DNA of 64,000 nt from an uncultured Polyangiaceae bacterium (lineage in GTDB: Bacteria > Myxococcota_A > Polyangia > Polyangiales > Polyangiaceae): assembly GCA_964459035.1 (NCBI GenBank), contig CAYWLO010000003.1, positions 30,520 to 94,519 of the forward strand. The letters run 5' to 3'. The notes below the pieces were generated by a model. It worked only from the letters and a program-made list of their open reading frames with translations, was not told the origin of the DNA and made no database searches. Positions 36,049-46,100 of the stretch are shown here, piece after piece. The position numbers and the translations under genes are program-made. Numbering within the stretch: the stretch's first letter is position 1; each line of letters starts with the position of its first letter.

Positions 36049-37578
36049 TCAATAGGGATTGTTTTCGATAATTTCTGGGCGAATGGGCGTGACGGCTGGA
36101 GGTCTCTTCTTTTTGGCTTGGGGAGGGGGAGTGGGTCGAGTGGTTTTTTTGACCGTCGTCTTCTTTGTTTGAACGAGAGCAGTTGAAGGAATTTCTTCTT
36201 CCACATTGATCTCATCGAGCGTTTTCTCAGGAGTCGCTCTTTCTATCTCTTTTGTCTCAGTGCCCTTGAATTCTACCTTTTCTTGAACAAGATCTGAGTG
36301 TGCCTTCTTTGGTGGAGCAGGCGCTTCAAGGGCGTTGATGGGGACTTTTTTCGCAGTTTCTCCATGTAAAAGGTCGTTTTTGGGAAGTTCTTGACTCATA
36401 TGGTTCGCCCAGAGCGCGAGGGCCACGGCCAAGGTAATTCCGGCTAGTATAGTAGCGACTGAAGTGCCAGAAAGTGGTGGTGGCGCTGCTGCTCGTAGCT
36501 GAGTTGTGGAGCCCGTGCGTGAAACCGGCTCCCTGTGGAACTCATCGTTTGCATGTGGGCCTGGAGAAAGTTTTAGATCAAGGGGAGCTGGTGCATGGAG
36601 CGCCGAAGGTCTTTTGGTGGAAGCCTCAGGAGCGAGGCTTTGTGTGAGAGCTGCAATGCGATCGGCGAGTCCTCCTAGGTTGGGGCGTGCAAAAGGAGAG
36701 AGCGCGCGGGCAAGGGCGGCTACTGAACGATAGCGATGGTCGGGATCCTTCTCCAAACAACGCAATATAATTGTCTCTATTTCTGGAGAAACCTCGGGGG
36801 CAATCTCCCGCACTCGCTGGGGATCGTCCGCCGCAATTGCGGCTATCAGTCCGCCGGTAGTTTCGGCTTCAAAAGGGCGGGCGCCAGTGAGCAGTCGGTG
36901 CAAGACCACTCCAAGGGACCAAATATCGGTACGAGTATCTATCTCCCGTGAGCCCCGCAACTGTTCAGGTGAAGCGTATACGGGGGTACCCAGAATCATC
37001 TGAGTTTCGGTGAGTTCTTTTTGCGGAGAAGCTTGAGCGCTCTTTAAAGTTGCTTTGGAGATCCCAAAGTCCAAGACTTTTACGATGGGTTGCCCACGTT
37101 TTCTTCTTGCAAGAAAAAGATTGGCCGGTTTCAAGTCGCGGTGAATAATTCCTTGAGTATGTGCTTCGGCCACAGCATCACATGCTTCCAATATCCATGA
37201 GACAGCCTCTTCTTGCTCAATTCGTCCTCGCTTGCTCAGAACGCTTGCTAGGTCCTCCCCCTCAAGGAACTCCATGATCATGTAGGAGGTGTCATGGTCC
37301 ACCCCCACATCAATTACCTGTGCGACGTGCTCACTTTCGAGCGCTGCTGATGCGCGAGCCTCACGTTGAAATCTCTCGGCGGCATTGAGATCGACCGAGA
37401 GTGACTCGTGAAGAACCTTAATGGCCACTCGATGACCGAGATCCATATGGCGTGCGGCTAAAACTGCGCCCATGCCACCTCGTCCCAAGAGACGCTCGAC
37501 GCAATATTTTCCTGCAAAGACCGTCCCGACGGGAAAGTCCTCAAGAATAGCGAGACTATTGGGGGCCTCATGACTCAT
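36049..37578 (-). CDS. Hanks-type serine/threonine protein kinase, membrane-anchored
   Basis: Contains GRGGMGAVLAA, VAIKVL, HRDLKPANLFL, DFGISK and YASPEQ. One TM segment follows (VATILAGITLAVALALWA), then a Lys/Pro-rich tail. Confidence 0.92.
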   Translation of the reverse strand: MSHEAPNSLAILEDFPVGTVFAGKYCVERLLGRGGMGAVLAARHMDLGHRVAIKVLHESLSVDLNAAERFQREARASAALESEHVAQVIDVGVDHDTSYMIMEFLEGEDLASVLSKRGRIEQEEAVSWILEACDAVAEAHTQGIIHRDLKPANLFLARRKRGQPIVKVLDFGISKATLKSAQASPQKELTETQMILGTPVYASPEQLRGSREIDTRTDIWSLGVVLHRLLTGARPFEAETTGGLIAAIAADDPQRVREIAPEVSPEIETIILRCLEKDPDHRYRSVAALARALSPFARPNLGGLADRIAALTQSLAPEASTKRPSALHAPAPLDLKLSPGPHANDEFHREPVSRTGSTTQLRAAAPPPLSGTSVATILAGITLAVALALWANHMSQELPKNDLLHGETAKKVPINALEAPAPPKKAHSDLVQEKVEFKGTETKEIERATPEKTLDEINVEEEIPSTALVQTKKTTVKKTTRPTPPPQAKKKRPPAVTPIRPEIIENNPY

Positions 37579-37785
37579 TGTGCGCCGGCCCTCCTCTCCC
37601 TGACCACCCGCAGCGCACCGACCCTAAAGAAGCGCGCCAATTGGGCGATAATAATAGAGGGAGGCCCCTTTTCCTCTCGACTTTCAAGCCATTCAATCTT
37701 GTTCATGCTTTTTAACACACCACCACCGGCTGAGAACGGCACTTGGGTGCAAGAACACAAGGTCACACAAGCCAAGTGCATCCAA

Positions 37786-38682
37786 ATGAGACAAAGAACT
37801 AAAAGTCGTTACGCTACTTCTCTTTTTGTGATGTTGATGACGTTTTTTGTGAATAGCTTTTTCGGTTGTTCGTTGATTGTAAAAGAAAAGGTACAATGCG
37901 AAATAGATGGTGATTGTCACGCCCGGGGCGAGGGATTTGAAGGCACTCATTGCGAAGCGGGATTGTGTGTAGGCGCTCACTTTGATTGCCTAGGTGGAGA
38001 GGCGGAACTTACAGGGCCAGTACTGGTTCCCAAAAACTACAGATTTGTTGGTTTAGGAAGGGAGACGGCTCCTGAGGGGCTACTCGTCAAGGTCTGTGCG
38101 GCTCTGGATTTGGCGTGCTCCGATCCTTTGCAGACGCTAGAGCCTGATAGCGGCGGTCGGATCACGATTACGATGGCGCGCGGATTCAAGGGGTCCTTCG
38201 ACATCCTTTCCGACGAAACAATGCCCACTCAGCTAATTTTCTTGAGCCCGGTTCAAGAGGGTTCTTTCACTCGTGGAGAAGACCAACTTTTGGGTCCTGT
38301 CGACGACGCCCTTTTACCGCTGTTCACGGAGGCCCAGGCGAATGCCCTGGCGCTCAGCTTGGGAGATTCAGTTGATATTGATATTGAAAAGACACAATTG
38401 TTTGGAGATGTTTACGATTGTGAGGGGACGAGAGCCGAGGGGATTATCGTGCAATTGAAAGAGGATCAGGCGCAAGCCACCACGCTCTATATTGAAGGAG
38501 GGGCTCCCCAACAGGGACTCACAGAGACCACTGAAGCCGGCGCCTTTGTTGTGGTGAACATGAGGGCCGGTTTGGTGACAATCGATCTGCTTCATGACCA
38601 TACTCAGAGTCTCATTGCTGAGGCAACGGTGCCTTTGCTTGCTGGACACGTCGCCTTTATGGACGTATCGCCAGCGCTCTAA
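37786..38682 (+). CDS. Cys-rich putative lipoprotein
   Basis: I prefer ATG 37786 (MRQRTKSRYATSLFVMLMTFFVNSFFGC, lipobox FFGC). The track start at 37570 overlaps the divergent kinase gene. The mature N-terminus has a Cys motif CEIDGDCHARGEGFEGTHCEAGLC. Confidence 0.55.
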   Translation: MRQRTKSRYATSLFVMLMTFFVNSFFGCSLIVKEKVQCEIDGDCHARGEGFEGTHCEAGLCVGAHFDCLGGEAELTGPVLVPKNYRFVGLGRETAPEGLLVKVCAALDLACSDPLQTLEPDSGGRITITMARGFKGSFDILSDETMPTQLIFLSPVQEGSFTRGEDQLLGPVDDALLPLFTEAQANALALSLGDSVDIDIEKTQLFGDVYDCEGTRAEGIIVQLKEDQAQATTLYIEGGAPQQGLTETTEAGAFVVVNMRAGLVTIDLLHDHTQSLIAEATVPLLAGHVAFMDVSPAL

Positions 38683-39144
38683 GGGACTAGAAATTTCACA
38701 CTCCTCAATCGATTACCCGGAGCTTTTTTGCTTGCTCATAGAGTTCGTTCATTCTGGGAATATTTGCTCGTGTCGTGCTCAGCCCCCTCTTTGAAATCTA
38801 AGCGTGAGAGTTTGGCTTCAGTGATCTCATGGTGGGCAGGGTCTTGTCGGGGTAGCTTAACTTCTACATAAGTATTGAGAGGAGTGAGCTGGTTGGAATT
38901 TCCTCTCGTGCCTTGCTCTTGTAGTTTTCGTAGTGCAGTTTTCGAGGTGACCTCCAAAGAATAACAGCACGTCAACAGGATCCTAGAGAAAGTTTTTCAT
39001 CTGCACGTTAAAGAAAAACTAGCAGGCTCCACCTCAGTCCTCGCCCCCGCACTTCTTAAATCATTGACGCGACATCTTTCCTGATACAGGGGGGGGCGCC
39101 GGGGTGATGGTGTTTTTTTAATCAACTTCAGTCAAAACCTCGTC

Positions 39145-39627
39145 CTACGGCGTAGCCGGTAGCGTATCACCTACGTTTTGTCCCGTGACAGCGTGAAAGG
39201 CTAGTCCGCGAAGCACATCTTTGGTGACACCTTTCATCATTGGCTTCATGAGTATTTTCCCCATCAAGCATCCGAGTGGACCAAATTTAACTACATACTC
39301 CATACCAAAAGTAGCGTCGCAACTCTGATCGTCCACGCGCTTCACACTCATATGTGCAACGAGGCTTTTGAGCGGCATCGAATACTCACTCAGCTCAATG
39401 CGCAGATTTTCTCCTTCTTGGTATTCAATAATTTCTTCAAGCACTGTCGACTTGTCGTAAAAAGTACAGAGTCGTTTGGTGCCCAGTCCCTCGCGTGACT
39501 CGCCCACCAGGGGCGAACTCTTCACTTTTGATGAAAACCTCTCGATGCTACTGAAATCGCGAAGAATTCCCCACACGTGCTCCTTCGTTGCATGCACCCT
39601 ATAAGTTGTCTCTACGTGATGTGCCAT
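39145..39627 (-). CDS. SRPBCC (START/polyketide cyclase-like) family protein
   Basis: 160 aa. HATKEHVWGILRDFSSIERFSSKVKSS..., a length of about 150-160 aa and a helix-grip-like pattern fit the family. Confidence 0.7.
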   Translation of the reverse strand: MAHHVETTYRVHATKEHVWGILRDFSSIERFSSKVKSSPLVGESREGLGTKRLCTFYDKSTVLEEIIEYQEGENLRIELSEYSMPLKSLVAHMSVKRVDDQSCDATFGMEYVVKFGPLGCLMGKILMKPMMKGVTKDVLRGLAFHAVTGQNVGDTLPATP

Positions 39628-39659
39628 CTTCTCAGTCCTTTCTTGTTGGCTCGTGAGTG

Positions 39660-39962
39660 CTAGAGAGCACCCGCAAGAGCGATGTTGATTGATGAGAAGC
39701 CTTTGTCGCGGTCGGGTATTAGTGCAGTGTAGGAGTCAGAGGAAAATACCGATTCGATCTTTGCCCTATCGGGAAAATCCATGATGAGGGCCATGCCAAA
39801 GGACGCCTTGCCTGTGAGGGAACATTGTACCTTGAGGCGCTTTACGAGAGTTCCGCCTGCACCTACCAGCAGGGGCATGACGCCTTTGAGATAGGCTTGC
39901 ATTTCTCCCGAATACTCAGGGTTGGGCATGGCGGTGACAACGAGGGTAGTGGCTTCAGACAT
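39660..39962 (-). CDS. DUF1330-like small protein
   Basis: 100 aa. LVVTAMPNPE..MQAYLKGVMPLLVGAGGTLVKRL...ALIMDFPDRAKIESVFSSDSYTALIPDRDKGF matches the DUF1330 pattern. Confidence 0.65.
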   Translation of the reverse strand: MSEATTLVVTAMPNPEYSGEMQAYLKGVMPLLVGAGGTLVKRLKVQCSLTGKASFGMALIMDFPDRAKIESVFSSDSYTALIPDRDKGFSSINIALAGAL

Positions 39963-39996
39963 GATTTATGTTTCCTAGGGTGAGGTTTTTTTAGAG

Positions 39997-40026
39997 TTAA
40001 ACCTAAACGAGCGTTTAGGTTTAACA
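39997..40026. promoter_or_regulatory. candidate TetR operator (perfect 14-bp arms, 2-nt spacer)
   Basis: GTTAAACCTAAACG-AG-CGTTTAGGTTTAAC lies in the divergent region between the DUF1330/SRPBCC genes and the TetR gene. A related half-site CGTTTAGTTTTGG is at 40053-40065. Confidence 0.7.
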
Positions 40027-40083
40027 TGTGCTGATAGTTTTGCCAAGCGATCGTTTAGTTTTGGTGCTAGATGAAGAACACAG

Positions 40084-40674
40084 ATGGGAAGACGCAAGAG
40101 TTACGATAGAGAGTTAGTCGTTCAGCAGGCGATGGAATTGTTTTGGCAGCATGGTTTCCAAGGCACATCGTCTCGTATGCTCTCTGCTGAAATAGGCATC
40201 AATCCCTTCAGCCTTTCGTCGGAATTCGGAAGCAAACAGGGGTTGTTCGAGGCGGCGTTGGCTCAATATTTGGAGAATGTCACGGACATCTTCGCCCGCC
40301 TGAGTAGCCCCGACGCATGCCTTCAAGACATTCGGGCACTTTTCGGCACTTACGCGTCCTTCGCAAGGACGCCCGCAGGAAAGCGGGGCTGCTTTCTTAC
40401 CAATGTAGCAATTGAGTCCTGTCCGCCGGACATCAGTCAGCCGGCCGTTGATAGTTATTTGGCAATTATTTCCTCTGGTTTTGACAATTGTCTTCGCCTA
40501 GCGAAAGCGCAAGGCGCGCTGCGACAAGACGTTGTTGTACTGGACGAGGCTCGCTTCTTCGTTGCAACTGTGCTCGGTTTTTTCGTACTGATGCGTTCGA
40601 ATACTCAGCCTGCATTGCTCAAAGGCGCAATCAACGCAGCCAATCGTCATCTCGACTCACTCTTGCGCGCCTGA
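40084..40674 (+). CDS. TetR/AcrR-family transcriptional regulator
   Basis: The N-terminal HTH reads AMELFWQHGFQGTSSRMLSAEIGINPFSLSSEFGSKQGLF. It is 196 aa long. Confidence 0.88.
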   Translation: MGRRKSYDRELVVQQAMELFWQHGFQGTSSRMLSAEIGINPFSLSSEFGSKQGLFEAALAQYLENVTDIFARLSSPDACLQDIRALFGTYASFARTPAGKRGCFLTNVAIESCPPDISQPAVDSYLAIISSGFDNCLRLAKAQGALRQDVVVLDEARFFVATVLGFFVLMRSNTQPALLKGAINAANRHLDSLLRA

Positions 40675-40687
40675 GAATTAAGTATCT

Positions 40688-41794
40688 TTAGGCGCGCAAC
40701 CAAGAAAGAAAGCGTACTCGCTGAATTAGCCATGAAAGAGCCATACTGACGCAAAAAACAAGGAGGGCCTCTACAAGAGAAAAGGGAAGACTCTCATAAC
40801 CAAGCCAGTTTTTTGAAGGGGCGCGAAAGAACTCAATGACTAACATATGAGAGAGAAATGCCAGGTAGGTGTAGCGACCGAGGGGCGCTATTTTTTTAAC
40901 TAACTGGCTTTCGTTGAAGGCGAGGGAGAACATGAGCAGAGAGATGCCTGCGATATTTGCCATGAATCGCCCCCCCGTATCAGAGAACTCACGAATAAAC
41001 TCGATTTTTATAGCATAAAGCGCTTGAACTAGAACAAAGCTACCCAAGGCCAGAGTGCCGAGGATGACGCGTTGCTCTTTCAACCACCTAACCGACCGCT
41101 GGTCCATTCGATAGAAGTAGACCGAGCCGAATAGCGCCGTGATGAAGAGGGGTACCTCGACTATCCAACGATCGAGTCGATGCAAATGCCAGCTCCACAA
41201 CCAGGGACGATCCAGCTGAAAAAAGAGTCGACGATAGCAATAGTAGTAAAGAAGGGCCGAGAGGATGCTGCCGCCCCACAAGATTTGATTTCGTGAGAAT
41301 CTCTTGAGATAGGGCACGAACCAGACCGCAAAGAGGCCCCAAACAAAAGCAAAGGGCAAAAACCACAGATGTACAGCTGTACCGGCTACTGGCCCCCACC
41401 ATTGGGTTAGCCCTGCCCAAGTGTAGTCTAGGCGATAGCCTCGCTCGCAGTAGTAGGCACCATAAACAGCTGACCAGATGAAAAACGGCCACAGAAGGCG
41501 CTGGGTGCGCCGGCGTAAATCAGCGGAGAATTTTTGTTCGGGGGCTCGCACAACCGCACGCACCGCGAAAAGAGCGGCCACGATCACATAATAGGAGGTC
41601 CCAAACCTTCCGAGGGAAGTCCACGCGAAGTTTTGCCCGTGGCTCTCGGCCACGTGGACCCAAACGATAGCAAAGGTAGCTAGGACGCGGGCGGCATCGA
41701 TGGAGACCAATCGCGCAGGGGAGGAATTAGGCGGCAAACTTAGATCTCGCTCCTCGGGACTATTGTCTTTTTTCTCGAGGGAACGAAAGCACAT
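40688..41794 (-). CDS. acyltransferase family 3 (OafA/YrhL-like) integral membrane protein
   Basis: LVSIDAARVLATFAIVWVHV at the N-terminus and about 10 TM segments are typical of acyltransferase_3 proteins. Confidence 0.8.
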   Translation of the reverse strand: MCFRSLEKKDNSPEERDLSLPPNSSPARLVSIDAARVLATFAIVWVHVAESHGQNFAWTSLGRFGTSYYVIVAALFAVRAVVRAPEQKFSADLRRRTQRLLWPFFIWSAVYGAYYCERGYRLDYTWAGLTQWWGPVAGTAVHLWFLPFAFVWGLFAVWFVPYLKRFSRNQILWGGSILSALLYYYCYRRLFFQLDRPWLWSWHLHRLDRWIVEVPLFITALFGSVYFYRMDQRSVRWLKEQRVILGTLALGSFVLVQALYAIKIEFIREFSDTGGRFMANIAGISLLMFSLAFNESQLVKKIAPLGRYTYLAFLSHMLVIEFFRAPSKNWLGYESLPFSLVEALLVFCVSMALSWLIQRVRFLSWLRA

Positions 41795-41950
41795 GAATTG
41801 AGAGTCAATTGCGCGAGCGTCTAGAGGACGCCCTCAAGACAACGTTAGGACAATTCGTGAGCAATAGCGCGCAATTGGCCATTATTACCCCTTGCGCAAT
41901 AGTGTAGTGCGATAAAATTGCGGGCAAAGCAGAAAATTATCCATAAGTTG

Positions 41951-42949
41951 ATGATCATGACAGCGAAAGAAGCAGTTTTGGTCGATGGACCGACGTGGCA
42001 AAAACAAATTCTGAAAAGTGGAGAGTTTGCGCGGCGCCCCTCTTCGTTTAGAAATGAAGTGAGTGCTGATGAAGGCGCAGAGTATCTTGCAGAGCCTGCG
42101 CGCTATCATCTTTATGTTTCTTACGCGTGTCCTTGGGCCCATAGAACTTTGATTGTGCGCGGGCTCAAGGGTTTACAGCGGGTAGTAAGTTATGATGTTA
42201 CCGACTACTTGATGCCACCTCGCGGTTGGACGTTTGGTGCCCAAAGTGAGGGCGTTACTGCCGATAGCGTCAACGGAAAATCGAGCCTCAGGGAGATCTA
42301 CGCCATGGCAGACCCAGACTATCGGGGGGCTATTACGGTGCCCACTCTCTGGGATAAAAAAACTTTGAGCATTGCAAACAATGAGTCTTCGGAGATCATT
42401 CGTTTTTTTAACTCGGAGTTCAACGCATATGCAGAACACCCCGAGGTAGATCTCTACCCAGAAAAGCTTCGTACGGAGATAGATTCTATTGGTGAATGGG
42501 TCTATCGAGATATCAACAATGGGGTATATCGCGCTGGTTTTGCAAGAAGTCAGTCCGCCTACAACCAAGCTCTTACTGCACTTTTCTCTGCTCTTGATCG
42601 CGCTGAACGTTTGTTAGCAGAAAGAAGGTATATCGCGGGGGAGCGTCTCACCGAAGCAGACATTCGTCTTTGGACCACATTGATTCGCTTTGATCCGGTC
42701 TATGTCACACACTTTAAGTGCAACTTACGGCGCCTTGTCGATTATCCACATCTTTGGGCGTACACGCGCGAATTGTACGCCCATCCAGTTTTTCGTGAGA
42801 CTACAAATTTCTTGCACATTAAGAACCACTACTTTCAATCTCACGAGTCGGTGAATCCATCGAGAATTGTGCCTCAGGGGCCCCTCATCGACTACGATGA
42901 ACCGCACGGGCGCGATCATTTGAGGTCCTCGTGGTTCCCCGCTCATTGA
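41951..42949 (+). CDS. yqjG: glutathionyl-hydroquinone reductase (Xi-class GST, YqjG/ECM4 type)
   Basis: YHLYVSYACPWAHRTLIVRGLKGL, ITVPTLWDKK, NNGVYRAGFA, TEADIRLWTTLIRFDPVYVTHFKCN and DEPHGRD are collinear with E. coli YqjG. The track start at 41918 is a TTG. ATG 41951 or ATG 41957 is more likely. Confidence 0.92.
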   Translation: MIMTAKEAVLVDGPTWQKQILKSGEFARRPSSFRNEVSADEGAEYLAEPARYHLYVSYACPWAHRTLIVRGLKGLQRVVSYDVTDYLMPPRGWTFGAQSEGVTADSVNGKSSLREIYAMADPDYRGAITVPTLWDKKTLSIANNESSEIIRFFNSEFNAYAEHPEVDLYPEKLRTEIDSIGEWVYRDINNGVYRAGFARSQSAYNQALTALFSALDRAERLLAERRYIAGERLTEADIRLWTTLIRFDPVYVTHFKCNLRRLVDYPHLWAYTRELYAHPVFRETTNFLHIKNHYFQSHESVNPSRIVPQGPLIDYDEPHGRDHLRSSWFPAH

Positions 42950-43179
42950 TAGTCGCCTATCGCAATCTGCCTAAAACCTCAGCGTACGCGCTGCTTTTAC
43001 TCTTATTGAACCGTGCGGGCGCCCGTATTTTACTCGTCTCGTTCAAGTTAACGAGGGCGCAAGGGAGGCCACGCGTTTTCTCTTTTCATAAGTAGATAGT
43101 TCGATAGTCGAACGAGATATCACTAATAATTAGAAAACTCACAAAATATGCATTCGGTGTCGGCCCAATTGTCGTTAGG

Positions 43180-46100
43180 GTGGGCGCCATGGCTGCACAC
43201 TCCAAGTCGCCCTCTTCTCTCAAGCCTGTTAAGAAAGGAGAGCACGCGGCGTCCAAGAAGACTCAAGGAGCCAAGCCTAGTCCACCGCGCGCAAAAGCAG
43301 CGAGCGCAAAAGCGGTCCCACCTCGTCCGCCGTCGATGAAACCATTGCCACCCCAGGGCGGGGGACTGGGGGCGTCAAAAGCTCGACTGAAACCAACACC
43401 TCCTCCTCCGCAAGCGTCTTCATTGCCGAATCCACCGGCTCGGACCGCCCCGACTATACCTCCCCCGCCCAAACCTCCAGGGGCTCCCCGCAAAAGTAAT
43501 GGGATGAGCCTGCCTGCACCAACGGGCAAAAGTGCATCGATAGCGCCACCACCAGGGAGACTTGTGAATCCCTCCGTTCAGCCTCCCCTAGCGAAGACAC
43601 CCCCGCCACCACCCGCTCTGGTCGAAAAGAGAGAACGTGGCACGCAAGCGATGGCCCCTCAAGCACCCGCCCCTCGGCCGGTTGCTCCTCAAGAGAAACA
43701 TGCCCAGGCGGCAGTTCCCCACGTCGAGGTAGCTGATCTTCAGGTTGCGGTTGCAAAACAAGCCACGCGAGGGGGACCGGTAAGGAGCGAAGTCAACTCG
43801 ACCCTCGTTGGAATGCCTGTGGTTTCGGCTGCGTATTGTCTTGCTTCAAAAGCATATAGCCGAGTGGTCGCGGACAGCCGCGTTGTTGCCCCTGGGCTGG
43901 ACGACCGCAAGAACGCAGCTCAAGAAATGAGAGCACTCTGTGAGCATGCTCTCAGCGAAACTACAGAGAAATCTAGAAAATCTCGTCTCCTGCACGAAAT
44001 TGCTCGCCTTGAGGAGGTCGTATTTGTTGACCATACGCGCGCACTCGAGAGCTTTCAGAAGGCACATGTCTTAGACCCTTCTTTTGAGCCGGCCCTTGAA
44101 GGTTTGATTCGTCTGCGTTCTGCCTTGGGTCAATGGGAAGGGACCTTGTCTCTCTTGGACGAGCAAGTGGCGCTGACGGCTACGGCAGTGGACAAGGCTG
44201 CATTGCTCTTCTCCAAAGCCACCATCTTGGAAGAACACTTGAATCGTCTTTCGGACGCGCGCATGGACTACGAGCGCGCTCTGACACTTGCGCCTAACGA
44301 TGGCGCTATTTTACAGGCCGTCGCCCGGTGTGCCCGGCGAGATCAAGACTGGAAAAGCCTCGACGCATCTCTTACAATTCAAGCCAAAGAAACTGACGAT
44401 GATGTAGCTTTGGGGGCTGTTCGTTGGGCTGAGCGAGCTCGAATTGCGGAGCAATTTAGAAAGAAATCAAACGAAGCCGCTGAGCTTTACGAAAAGTCGT
44501 TTGATGTCGATCCCTTAGCGAGCGCTGCCATTTACGCCCTCGAGCGTATTTTTATCATTGCCAAGCGGCCCCGCGACCAAGTGGCACTCCTCGAAAAACG
44601 TGCCGAATTGGTCGATGAACCAGCCGTGCGCGCCGCAGCGCTCGCTCATGCTGGCGCTATTTTAGCTAACAGTCTACGGGAGCCCGCCGAGGCCGCTCAA
44701 TTTTACGAGCGCGCTTGGGAAGCCGCACCCGACAATCTTTCTTTTTTACGAGAGTTAGAGGAACTTTACCGAAAACTAGGGCTTTTCGACGGAGTGGTTC
44801 AGGTCTTACGACGTCTCGAAGAACGGGGGGCCACCCCCGAGGAACGCGCCGCCCTCTGCGTGAGAATCGCTGATGTGCTTTCGCGTCGTCTGGGGCAAAA
44901 ACGGGACGCTTTGGTTTATTGGGAACGTGCCCGAGAGCTGACTCCTACGTTAACCAGTTGTATCCAACCGCTTTGCGCCCACTACGAAGCCTCTGAGGCG
45001 TGGACTGAGCTTCTACATGTATTAGTTCAAGAAGAAGGCGCAAGCCAAGACGCTCAGCGGCGCGCAGAGTTACATTGTCGCATTGCTCGCATTCACGAAA
45101 AGCAGTTGGGCTCTTCCGATGAAGCGATTGAGCACTACAGAAAAGCGTTGGGTCTAGTCCCTTTGGCAGAGGGTGCCTTTCGTGAACTCAGTCGATTGCT
45201 GGAGAAGGCAAGGCGTTATGAAGAAGTGGTCGACCTGCATTTTCGGGGCTCCGAAACCGCGAGCGATACTGCCATCTCTCTGGTTCATCTTTTTAAGGTG
45301 GGTCAGGTTCTTGAGGGCCTTTTGGGACAACCGGAGCGTGCAATACCAGTTTATCGAGACATTTTAACACGGCAGCCAGGACATCTGGGGGCGCTATTTT
45401 CTTTGCAACGTGCGGCCCAAGACGCGGCCGACTATGCTGTTCTCGTCGATGCTCTTCTCGAAGAGGCTGGCACCTATCAGAAACCTACTTTAAAGGTTCC
45501 ACTTTTGCATCGGGCAGCTCAAGTTTGCCTCGAGTCTTTGGGACAAGAAAAACGTGCACTGGAGCTCCTCAACAATAGTCTGACTATCGACCAGAAATAC
45601 GCTCCCAGCCTAGAAACACTAGCCGCATTGCACAATACGGCGGGGCGCTACCCTGAGTTGCTGAAGGTCCTCAATCAACAACTCTTAGTTCTTAAAGAAC
45701 CAGTGTTGGTTTCACAACAATTGTTTCGCATGGGACGTTTATGCGAAGAGCACCTTGCTCAAGACGACAAAGCACTCACCTATTTTAAGAAGGCGTTTGA
45801 CGCTGACTCTCAGGGCGAAGACCTTGCTCAGGCTATCGAACGATGCCTTGAGCGCATGAATTCATTCGAAGAACTCGCCGAGTTTTTGCAAGAAAAGCTA
45901 AAAAGCGTCGAGCCTGGACGCGTTGGTGCAGACTTAGCCTATCGCTTGGGGGTTCTCTTTGAGTTGCATCTAGGGAAATTGCAAAATGCGCTCATTTATT
46001 ATGAACGTGCCCTCGAAGAGTTGCCCGATCATCGCCAAGCTCTTGATGGAAAAGTTCGAGTTCTGGAAATTCGCTCTGAAAGTAGGAAGACCGTTGCAGC

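Noticed and set aside
38736-38975. 79-aa minus-strand ORF as a real gene (possible toxin/antitoxin)
   Set aside because: It has no RBS, no recognisable family and no partner gene. I kept it only as part of the AT-richer gap finding.
43263-43756. Minus-strand ORFs inside the Pro-rich 5' part of the giant TPR gene
   Set aside because: They are the Gly-rich antisense of Pro codons (CCN/GGN symmetry). They do not continue beyond the low-complexity region.
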